DNA of 64,000 nt, from positions 1,384-65,383 of the forward strand of contig MHHG01000024.1 in assembly GCA_001805965.1 (NCBI GenBank). Direction: 5' to 3'. This stretch comes from Omnitrophica WOR_2 bacterium RIFOXYA2_FULL_38_17. Its GTDB lineage: Bacteria; Omnitrophota; Gorgyraeia; Zapsychrales; Zapsychraceae. Below are positions 17,102 through 26,500 of this stretch, piece by piece (position 1 is the stretch's first letter; each line of letters opens with the position of its first letter). The translations under genes were made by a program, and so were the position numbers. The notes under the pieces are model-generated. The model worked only from the letters and a program-made list of their open reading frames with translations, was not told where the DNA came from and did not search any database.

Positions 17102-19360
17102 ATGCAAAATTCAGATAAAGATAATATAAAGCTGATATGCGATATCAGTGAGCTTAGCAATCTTTTCACAGATTCCAACAGTTTAGAGAATTTTTTATCT
17201 AAAACTGTTGAGATGGTTGCCAGCCATATGAAAGCGGATGTTTGCTCGATCTACCTTTACTCCGATGGGACGCAGGAGTTGATTTTAAAAGCGACAATGG
17301 GATTAAATCAAGGTCTTATCGGGAATGTTAAGATGAATGTTGATGAAGGCTTAACTGGATTAGCTCTAAAAGAGCTTCGGCCGATTTGTGAGAGAAATGC
17401 GAGCAGGAACCCTAATTTTAAATATTTTCCTGATCTAGGTGAAGAAATCTATGAGTCTTTTCTTGCTGTGCCTATATTGCGGGGAACAAATAAAGTAGGA
17501 GTTATGGTAATTCAAAACTCTGAAAAGAATTATTTTAAAGAAGGAGATGTAACTGTTTTACAAGCAATTACTTCTCAGCTTGCAAATACAATAGAGATGG
17601 CAAGGTTTTTACTGTCTCTTGATGAAGATAGACAGCAAAAGAAAGTAATTAAAGAGGAAGGTGACCTGAAATTTGTTAAGGGAAGAGTTGGCTCGCCGGG
17701 CTTTGTTTTTGCTGAAGCAGTTGTTCTTTTAGAGAGTAATTCTTTATGGCTCAATCAAGCAGTAGTTCAAGAGCACACCGTAGATGATTTCTATAAGGCA
17801 TTAAAAGATTCGGAACATCAGCTGGAAGATATGCAGACGCAGATAGAAGAAACATTAGCTGATATTGCTTCGTTCATATTTAACGCTCAAATATTGATGC
17901 TGAAAGATTCTATATTTGTTAACGCTATGGTTGATAAAATTAAAAAAGGCATAAAACCTCATGCTGCAATAATCGAGGTTGCTGGTAATTATTTGAAGAA
18001 ATTTGACAATATTGCAGATGAATATCTGAAAGACAGAAGCCAGGATGTTAAAGATATATGTAGAAGGATTTTAAGTAATCTTATCGGGTTTGATGTTAAT
18101 GCCACAAATTGTGAAGGCCGTATTTTAATTGCTAAGGAACTCTCTGCGGGCGATGTTTTAAAATATTCTTCAGAGAAAGTAAAGGGCATAATCCTTTTAA
18201 GCGGAGGGGTCACTTCGCATGTTTGCATTCTTGCAAGTTCGTTGCAGTTGCCGGTTATAATAGCTGATGAGCCCCGACTGATGTCTATAAGGAACAATAC
18301 TAGAGTTTTGATGGATGCTGAAATTGGGAATTTATATATCAATCCGACAGATGATATTATTGAATCGTTTAGAGAAAAGCAGAAGCTATTGAAAACAAGC
18401 GCTGAAATTAGTAGCGAATTAAAAGAAAAGACTTTTACCGCAGATGGCTCCCAAGTCCATTTGTTGGCAAACATTAATTTATTAGGAGACCTGAAAATAG
18501 CAAAACACTATAAAGCGGAAGGTGTCGGGCTCTACAGGACAGAGTTTCCGTTTATAGTTAGAAAAGATTTTCCTTCGGAGGAAGAGCAGTTAGTTGTCTA
18601 TAAGAAATTATTCGAAGGTATGCCTGGCAAGGAGATGACGATACGCACTCTTGATATAGGAGGAGACAAGGTCTTATCATATTTTCAAGAACATTCACGC
18701 GAGAAAAATCCATTTATGGGCATGAGGTCAGTAAGGTTCTCTTTAAGGCATAAAGATATTTTTGCTCAACAAATAAGGGCTATCTTGAGAGCAAGCGTAG
18801 GTGCTGATGTTAAAATAATGTTCCCTATGATATCTTCTGTAGATGAGTTTGTAGAGGCAAAGCAATTGGTGTTGAATTGTGTTAGTGAGCTTAGAAGTTC
18901 TGGTGCAGAATTTCAGGTAAATCCAACGATAGGCATGATGATAGAAATGCCTTCAGTAATGGAAATTTTAGAAGAACTGGCAAATTATTCTGATTTTTTC
19001 AGCATAGGTACAAATGATTTTGTTCAATATATGCTTGCAGTAGACAGGACAAATGAAAGGGTTGCAGATATGTATTTATCGCACCACCCATCCATTTTGC
19101 GTGCAATTAAAAAAGTAGTGGATGTGTCTGCTAAGTATGGTAAAGAGGTCTCTGTTTGTGGTGAGATGGCACATGAAGAAAAATATATAAGATATTTACT
19201 GGGTATTGGAGTCAGAAGATTTAGCTTGAGCCCTTCCTATATACCGAAAATACAAAGAGCTATCATGAATGTTCAAATAAAAGATGCAGAAGCGTTTGCC
19301 AAAGAAATTCTTTCAATGGATAAATTGACAGACATATCAAAAAAAATTGGAATAAGTTAG
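17102..19360 (+). CDS. ptsP: Phosphoenolpyruvate-protein phosphotransferase PtsP (EI-Ntr, N-terminal GAF domain)
   Basis: 752 aa with a GAF N-terminus. It carries the EI phosphohistidine region GGVTSHVCILASSLQLPVI and the PEP-utilising C-terminal domain (…NDFVQYMLAVDR…). Confidence 0.85.
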   Translation: MQNSDKDNIKLICDISELSNLFTDSNSLENFLSKTVEMVASHMKADVCSIYLYSDGTQELILKATMGLNQGLIGNVKMNVDEGLTGLALKELRPICERNASRNPNFKYFPDLGEEIYESFLAVPILRGTNKVGVMVIQNSEKNYFKEGDVTVLQAITSQLANTIEMARFLLSLDEDRQQKKVIKEEGDLKFVKGRVGSPGFVFAEAVVLLESNSLWLNQAVVQEHTVDDFYKALKDSEHQLEDMQTQIEETLADIASFIFNAQILMLKDSIFVNAMVDKIKKGIKPHAAIIEVAGNYLKKFDNIADEYLKDRSQDVKDICRRILSNLIGFDVNATNCEGRILIAKELSAGDVLKYSSEKVKGIILLSGGVTSHVCILASSLQLPVIIADEPRLMSIRNNTRVLMDAEIGNLYINPTDDIIESFREKQKLLKTSAEISSELKEKTFTADGSQVHLLANINLLGDLKIAKHYKAEGVGLYRTEFPFIVRKDFPSEEEQLVVYKKLFEGMPGKEMTIRTLDIGGDKVLSYFQEHSREKNPFMGMRSVRFSLRHKDIFAQQIRAILRASVGADVKIMFPMISSVDEFVEAKQLVLNCVSELRSSGAEFQVNPTIGMMIEMPSVMEILEELANYSDFFSIGTNDFVQYMLAVDRTNERVADMYLSHHPSILRAIKKVVDVSAKYGKEVSVCGEMAHEEKYIRYLLGIGVRRFSLSPSYIPKIQRAIMNVQIKDAEAFAKEILSMDKLTDISKKIGIS

Positions 19361-19453
19361 GAAATTGTTTATTCAAAATAATTATGTTCTTGCTCCGAAT
19401 AGCTTTTACCTTTATAATCCTTTAAAAGAAGTTAGTTGTGAACTGGAAAACAT

Positions 19454-21103
19454 ATGTTAAGAATCGCTATAGCACAAATTAATCCTACGGTTGGCGACCT
19501 GAGAGGTAACCAGCTGCTGATCTTGGATTACATTATTAGGGCAAAAGAAAAAAATGCTGACCTGGTTGTTTTTCCCGAACTAGCGATTTGCGGGTACCCT
19601 CCGGAAGACCTTCTGTATAAAAATCATTTTATTCAAGATAATATTAAATCGCTTAAAAAAATTGCCTCTAATGTTAAAGGTATTTCTGCGGTCATCGGAT
19701 TTGTTGATTGCATAGAGAGCGGTGTTCTGCATAATGCGGCCGCTTTTATTAGCGAGGGGAAGGTCAAGAGCGTTTATCATAAGCAGAAGCTTCCAAATTA
19801 CGGGGTTTTCGATGAGAAAAGATATTTTAAATCGTCTTGGCTTAAGGGTAAGCTTTGTGGAATGCTTAAAATAAAAGGGGTTTCTGCCGGCCTTAGTATT
19901 TGTGAAGATATCTGGATCGAAGATAGCGTCTGTATACAGCAAGCAAAAGCTGGAGCAAAATTGTTAATAAATATCTCAAGTTCTCCATACGACATGGGAA
20001 AGGTGAAAATAAGAGAAGCAATGCTTAAAGAAAGAGCCAAGCAGACTAATGCGTATGTTTGTTATGTGAATGTTGTTGGCGGGCAGGATGAACTGGTTTT
20101 TGATGGAAGAAGCATGATAGTTGACCCTAAAGGTGTGATAGTGGCAAAAGGAAAACATTTTGAAGATGACCTCGTTTTTTGTGATTTACCCTTGGGAGAG
20201 AGAACGGCTAAAGATTATAAAAAAGTCCAGATAAAAAATGTATTGCCAAAGAAAACCACGAAAATTGAGAGGGTTTATAAAGCGCTTGTTCTTGGCACAC
20301 AAGATTATATAAGGAAAAACGGTTTTAAGAAAGTTGTTATAGGATTGAGCGGAGGAATAGATTCTGCGCTTGTGGCGGCGATCGCTGTTAAAGCAGTCGG
20401 TAATGACAATGTAACATGTGTTACTATGCCATCGAGATATACATCAAAAGGCACCAGGGCTGATGCAGAAAGACTGGCAAACAACCTGAAAGTTAGCCTT
20501 ATTACAATTCCAATAGAAGATATTTTTGCTTCATATATAAAAACGCTGTCCGGAGAATTTAAGGGGACACAAGTCAATGTTGCTGAAGAAAATATTCAAG
20601 CCAGGATAAGAGGGAACCTTTTGATGGCTCTCTCCAATAAGTTTGGATGGCTTGTTTTGACGACAGGAAACAAAAGTGAAGTGGCTGTTGGTTATTGTAC
20701 CCTCTATGGAGATATGTCAGGAGGCTTTGCTGTTATTAAAGATGTCCCGAAAACAATGGTTTATGAATTATCAGCATATATTAATAATACATGTGATCAA
20801 GTGATTCCAAAAACCATTATAAGAAGAGCACCTTCTGCAGAGCTAAGGTCAAATCAAAAAGACCAGGATTCTTTGCCGCCGTACAATGTTCTTGATCCTA
20901 TCCTTGAGCAGTATGTCGAGAAGCACGATTCAGTAGAAACAATGTCAAAGAAAAACAAAAAGGAACTCGTTGAGAAGATAATTGACCTCGTTGACCATAG
21001 CGAGTATAAGCGCAGGCAGGCGCCACCAGGCATAAAGATCACTGCAAGGGCTTTCGGAAAAGACTGGAGGCTCCCTATCACCAATAAGTACAAGGAGTTT
21101 TGA
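19454..21103 (+). CDS. nadE: Glutamine-dependent NAD+ synthetase (N-terminal nitrilase/CN-hydrolase domain + NAD synthetase domain)
   Basis: 549 aa. It has a CN-hydrolase N-terminus (…VVFPELAICGYPPEDL…), the SGGIDS PP-loop and a conserved C-terminus. Confidence 0.85.
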   Translation: MLRIAIAQINPTVGDLRGNQLLILDYIIRAKEKNADLVVFPELAICGYPPEDLLYKNHFIQDNIKSLKKIASNVKGISAVIGFVDCIESGVLHNAAAFISEGKVKSVYHKQKLPNYGVFDEKRYFKSSWLKGKLCGMLKIKGVSAGLSICEDIWIEDSVCIQQAKAGAKLLINISSSPYDMGKVKIREAMLKERAKQTNAYVCYVNVVGGQDELVFDGRSMIVDPKGVIVAKGKHFEDDLVFCDLPLGERTAKDYKKVQIKNVLPKKTTKIERVYKALVLGTQDYIRKNGFKKVVIGLSGGIDSALVAAIAVKAVGNDNVTCVTMPSRYTSKGTRADAERLANNLKVSLITIPIEDIFASYIKTLSGEFKGTQVNVAEENIQARIRGNLLMALSNKFGWLVLTTGNKSEVAVGYCTLYGDMSGGFAVIKDVPKTMVYELSAYINNTCDQVIPKTIIRRAPSAELRSNQKDQDSLPPYNVLDPILEQYVEKHDSVETMSKKNKKELVEKIIDLVDHSEYKRRQAPPGIKITARAFGKDWRLPITNKYKEF

Positions 21104-21131
21104 TTCTGCGTTAATTCACAATAAATAATAT

Positions 21132-21160
21132 TTGACAATAAAAGTCCCTAAGAGTATATT
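21132..21160 (+). promoter_or_regulatory. Sigma-70-like promoter (TTGACA-17-TATATT)
   Basis: TTGACA 21132-21137, TATATT 21155-21160. It is followed at ~21218-21250 by a GTCCTC-containing hairpin and a U-tract. Confidence 0.5.
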
Positions 21161-21369
21161 AACTTTACTCTAGGCAATGGCGTCTTGGGTAGATCTCGTT
21201 GTAGAGATTCTTGCAGGGAAGTCTGTCCTCAAAGAACCAGGAGGTTTTTTGGGGATATTTTTTTTGTTGTTTTTTATTGCACCGAATTATCAATGGCGAT
21301 AATAACTCTGGTTTGATTGGGTTTTTATATTTTGGATAAGTAACCTAACAATAGAAAAGGAGAAGGGCA

Positions 21370-23010
21370 ATGAGTCAATGGCAAAAAACAAATGATGCAC
21401 TTGGTACAGTCAATCGTGGCAATCCTTGTGAATCCGGATTGTGTACGCTTTGTCGTGCAGATTGTCAAGGAAAATGCGAAACATGGCTGTCCAGCATGAA
21501 GGGCAGAAAGATGCTTTATCCAAGGGATTTCGGATGGGTAACAGCAGGCAGCGCAAATACGGAGCACATTGGAGTTTCCTACAATAATTTACGTGTCCAA
21601 GGATATGTCTTCGGAGCAAACAACCTTCCAAATGGAATCACTAACAGCGCGGATGATTGTGTTTTTCCAAATGTTTCTACTGAAACAGAATTCGGTGGCA
21701 AAATCAAAACTAAATGCAGATTGCCTATAATGACGGGTGCTTTAGGCTCTACTTTTATTGCTGCACGATATTGGGATTCTTTCTCGATAGGAGCTGCTTT
21801 GAGCGGTTTTCCTATTGTTGTTGGGGAAAATGTTGTTGGAGTTGATAAAAAAGCTGTCATTGAGAACGGAAGAATTAAAAAAGCTCCTGAATTAGACAGA
21901 AGAGTTGACACCTTTTTACGTTATTATGATGGTTATGGCGCGATCATTGTTCAGATGAACGTTGAAGATACACGTAATGGGGTTGCTGAATATATTATTG
22001 AAAAATATGGCGACAAAGTTATTCTTGAGCTTAAATGGGGTCAAGGTGCTAAAGTTATCGGTGGAGAGATACAGGTTGACTCGCTTGAGTATGCCAAATT
22101 TTTGAAAGACAGAGGATATGTAGTTGATCCTGATCCGACATTACCTGAAGTTGCTGCTGCTTTTAAAGCAGGTTCTATCACTTCAATAGCCCGTCATAGC
22201 AGGTTAGGATATACAAACAGGAATTCCATAGATGAAGTCAAGAAAGATTTTATGGGTGCTGTTGTGTATCTTCGCAGTTTAGGATACAAGAGAATATCGT
22301 TAAAGACCGGTTCTTATGGCATGGAAGCTCTTGCTATGTCGATCAAATATGCAAGTGAAGCCAAACTGGACCTTCTTACTATTGACGGTTCTGGTGGTGG
22401 AACAGGTATGAGCCCTTGGGGAATGATGGAAAGCTGGGGAGTTCCTTCTATTCATCTTCATGCAAAGGCCTATGAGTATGCAAAACTTCTTGCAGACCAA
22501 GGCAAGAAAGTGGTTGATATGTCTTTTGCTGGCGGCTTGGCAAAAGAAGACCAGATATTTAAAGCTCTTGCTTTAGGCGCTCCTTATACAAAACTTGTTT
22601 GTATGGGAAGGCCGCTAATGATCCCTGGATATCTTGGTGCCAATATTGAAGGTGCTTTGGACCCTAAGAAGAGAAAAGAGATCAACGGTAATTGGGATAA
22701 ATTGCCAAAGACCGTAACTGATATAGGCAGTACGCCTGAGGAGATCTTTGCTTGCTATAGTGCAGTTGAGAAGAAGGTGGGCAAGAAAGAAATGAAGGAC
22801 ATCCCTCTTGGCGCGGTTGCTGTATATACTCTCGGTGATAAATTGGGAGCTGGATTACAGCAATTAATGGCAGGTACTAGAAAATTCTCACCTGTGGGTA
22901 TTTCAAGAAAAGAGATCTTTTCTGGGAACAGAGAGACCGAAAAAGAAACAGGAATACCTTTTATGACAGATGTTGGAGATGATATCGCAAAACAAATAAT
23001 CAAAGCTTAA
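21370..23010 (+). CDS. Glutamate synthase-family FMN-binding domain protein with an N-terminal Cys cluster (archaeal-type GltS domain-2 homolog)
   Basis: 546 aa. The N-terminus CESGLCTLCRADCQGKCE is a possible Fe-S site. The central TIDGSGGGTGMSPW motif matches the FMN/substrate region of GltB domain 2. Confidence 0.65.
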   Translation: MSQWQKTNDALGTVNRGNPCESGLCTLCRADCQGKCETWLSSMKGRKMLYPRDFGWVTAGSANTEHIGVSYNNLRVQGYVFGANNLPNGITNSADDCVFPNVSTETEFGGKIKTKCRLPIMTGALGSTFIAARYWDSFSIGAALSGFPIVVGENVVGVDKKAVIENGRIKKAPELDRRVDTFLRYYDGYGAIIVQMNVEDTRNGVAEYIIEKYGDKVILELKWGQGAKVIGGEIQVDSLEYAKFLKDRGYVVDPDPTLPEVAAAFKAGSITSIARHSRLGYTNRNSIDEVKKDFMGAVVYLRSLGYKRISLKTGSYGMEALAMSIKYASEAKLDLLTIDGSGGGTGMSPWGMMESWGVPSIHLHAKAYEYAKLLADQGKKVVDMSFAGGLAKEDQIFKALALGAPYTKLVCMGRPLMIPGYLGANIEGALDPKKRKEINGNWDKLPKTVTDIGSTPEEIFACYSAVEKKVGKKEMKDIPLGAVAVYTLGDKLGAGLQQLMAGTRKFSPVGISRKEIFSGNRETEKETGIPFMTDVGDDIAKQIIKA

Positions 23011-23040
23011 GAATATAATCTTTTTAAGCATTGTTAAAAA

Positions 23041-23075
23041 ATAGCCCCGTTTTTACAAGCGGGGCTATTTTTTTA
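23041..23075. terminator. Intrinsic (bidirectional-looking) terminator
   Basis: ATAGCCCCG-ttttacaag-CGGGGCTAT followed by TTTTTTT. Confidence 0.6.
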
Positions 23076-23168
23076 TTAAAAACTTTTTTTGGATCAATAT
23101 GGTTTTGTGTTGTTAAATATAATGTTATTAAAAGTTGTTCAGTAATATAGAAACAAAATAAAATATGT

Positions 23169-23393
23169 ATGAGCAAAATCACATTTATCAGGCTGCCCGT
23201 ATTTAATAAGAAAGATGAAAGGGCATTATTTGCTACTCCTCCAATAGCCTTGGCATATCTTGCTGCAATGATCAATAAGAATAATCATGAATGTCTGGTT
23301 ATCTATGTTATTGATTTTGCGCTAGAGGAAAGAATTTTAGCTGAAGATGGATTGTTCTGCTTATGTGGATTGACCAATAGCAACGATTTTTGA
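23169..23393 (+). pseudogene. Possible remnant of the N-terminus of a B12-binding radical SAM protein
   Basis: The 74-aa ORF FIRLPVFNKKDERALFATPPIALAYLAAMINKNNHECLVIYVID resembles the conserved N-terminal B12-binding region of that family. It is followed by stops and sits inside a ~520-bp intergenic gap. Confidence 0.3.
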
Positions 23394-23533
23394 CACATAT
23401 TTGTTTTTTATTTGCTTTTTTACAATAAATGAGTAAAATAAGAGCCTTCAAAAGGGAAATATATTATTTTGAATCATAATACTATTATATATTGTTTTAT
23501 ATATTTAGTTTACCATTAGAATAACATAAGAAT

Positions 23534-26500
23534 ATGGAAAATCATTTTTATCCAAAAAAACAAGGCCTTTATGATCCTGCCTTTGAGCATGATAGCTGTG
23601 GCGTTGGTTTTGTTGCCCACTTAAAAGGGAAAAAATCCCATAAAATCATTTGTGATGGCATTCAGATCTTGGAGAATTTGACTCACCGAGGGGCTACGGG
23701 TAGCGACCCTTTAACTGGTGATGGTGCAGGTATCTTGATTCAAATGCCGGATGCTTTTTTACGCAAAGAATGCACAAAGATCAATATTAATTTACCTCCG
23801 GAAGGTGATTATGCCATAGGAAATGTTTTTCTTCCGCACATTTTGTTCCCTAGAAATACAGTAAAAAAATGGTTTTCCCAGGTTGTCAAGGAAGAAGGCC
23901 AGGAGTTCTTAGGGTGGAGAGATGTTCCTTGTGATAACAAGCAGATAGGACGTGTTGCCGCTTCCGCTGAGCCTACGATAAGACAAGTAATAATTGGAAG
24001 GGGAAAGGGTACTTCCCGCGAAGCTTTTGACAGGAAGCTTTATGTCATTCGCAAGATATTGCATAACAAGGTTTGGGGGTCCAGCTTGTCTCAAAGAAGC
24101 TATTGCTATTGTTGCAGCCTTTCCAGCAAAACCCTTCTTTATAAAGGCCAGCTAATGTCGGAACAAGTTGCGCTTTATTACAAGGATTTGGCCGACACGG
24201 AGATGGTGTCAGCGCTTGCAATGGTACACTCCCGTTATAGTACAAATACTTTTCCCTCTTGGGCGCTTGCACAACCCTTTAGGATGATATGTCATAATGG
24301 GGAAATCAATACATTAAGAAGCAATTTTAATTGGATGAGAGCGCGTGAGCATAAATTGATTTCAAATGTTTTCGGGGAAGATATCAAAAAAATATTCCCT
24401 ATTTCTGAAGAAGGCGCAAGTGATTCTGCGGTTTTTGACAACACCTTTGAATTGATGGTCTTGGCGGGCAGGCCAATGCCCCATGTTATTATGATGATGA
24501 TCCCTGAAGCCTGGAGTGGGCATGAGAGTATGCCAGAACAAAAGAAAGCTTTTTATGAATATAATTCTTGTTTAATGGAGCCGTGGGATGGTCCGGCTTC
24601 AATAGCTTTTACTGACGGAAAAAGTATCGGGGCTGTTTTGGATAGAAATGGTTTAAGGCCATCAAGGTATCTTGTTACTAAGGATGATTATGTGGTTATG
24701 GCATCCGAGACAGGTGTTTTAGACATTGCTCCTGAAAATGTGATATTAAAAGGACGATTGCAGCCAGGCAAGGTTTTTTTGGTTGATACAGAGGCCGGCC
24801 GTATTATTGATGATACAGAGCTTAAAAATGAATATATATCAAAAAAACCGTATGCCAAGTGGTTAAAAGAAAATGTTGTTAATTTAGATGACCTGCCACA
24901 ACCGGAAAAAAAAGCTAGCATGGATGATAAAGAATTGTTTGTGAAACAAAAGGCATTTGGATATACGACAGAATTCTTAAAAATGCTGTTCACGCCAATG
25001 GTTGTTGAGGGGAAAGAAGCTATTGGGTCAATGGGTTGTGATACTCCTCTGGCAGTGCTATCAGACAAACCGCAGTTGCTGTACAATTATTTCAAACAGT
25101 TGTTTGCCCAGGTCACGAATCCACCGGTAGATCCTATTCGCGAAGAAGTTATTATGGCTGAAGATGTGATGCTTGGAGCTGAAGGCAACCTGCTTGATGA
25201 AACGCCTCAACAATGCCGAAGATTAAGATTAAAACGTCCGATTATTACTAATAGCGAACTTCTAAAGATATGCAATCTTAATCAGGAAGGATTAAAATCT
25301 GTAACTATTGATGCAATCTTTAAACTTTCAGATTCTTCAGATGGCATTGAAATAGCTATGGAAGAGGTCTTTAAGAAAGCAGATGCTGCTATTGTAGAAG
25401 GTTGCACTATTCTTGTCCTGACTGACAGAGGAATTGATAAAGATAATTTAGCTATCCCGTCATTGCTTGCTTGTGCAGGTCTGCACCATCATCTTATTCG
25501 GGCAGGATTAAGGACAAATGTAAGTATTGTTATTGAGACGGGAGAAGCCCGCTCTATGCATCACTATGCATTGTTGATAGGTTATGGCGCAAATGCAATT
25601 AATCCGTATCTAGTATATGAAACTGTCAAGAGCCAGATTAACCAAGGCATTTTGCCTGACAATTTGGTCTATGGCAAGGTTATTGAGAATTACTTAAAGT
25701 CTACAAGACAAGGTTTGCTTAAAATAATTTCCAAGATGGGTATATCAACAATACAATCTTATTGTGGTGCCCAGATCTTTGAAGCTGTTGGATTGAATAG
25801 AGATATTATTGGCAAATATTTTACAGCAACACCTTCAAGGATCGGTGGTATTGGTGTCAAGGAGTTAACCAAAGAGACAATTATGCGGCACATGGATGGC
25901 TATCCTCAAGAGAACAGTTTAAGTGATCAGCTCGATGTCGGAGGATATTATCGCTGGAGGAAACAGGGGGAACATCATCAGCTAAATCCTGAAACAATAT
26001 CAACGTTACAGCATGCTGTAAGGACTGGCAATTATGAACTATATAAGAAGTTTGCAAGATTGTGCAATGATAAAGAAACGAATTTATCTGCCATAAGAGG
26101 ATTGGTTCAGTTTAAGAAAAGAAGATCTGTTCCTATTGAAGAAGTTGAACCTGTATCAGAGATCGTAAAAAGGTTTGCTACCGGGGCAATGAGTTTTGGG
26201 TCGATCTCAAGGGAAGCCCATGAAACATTGGCTATTGCCATGAATCAGTTGGGGGGATTTTCTAACACTGGCGAGGGAGGGGAAAAGACTGAAAGATTTA
26301 AGGACCAGAGAAGAAGCAAGGTAAAGCAGGTTGCCCAGGGTCGGTTCGGTGTTACTATTGAATATTTGACCAATGCGGATCAGCTGCAGATAAAAATGGC
26401 CCAAGGGGCAAAGCCCGGAGAGGGAGGACATCTTCCGGGGCACAAAGTAAGTCAAGAGATAGCTGACACTCGTCATACTACTCCTGGGGTCGGCTTGATA

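Noticed and set aside
23024-23275. 83-aa minus-strand ORF in the gltB upstream gap
   Set aside because: It overlaps the bidirectional terminator and the AT-rich spacer and has no conserved features. It is likely non-coding.
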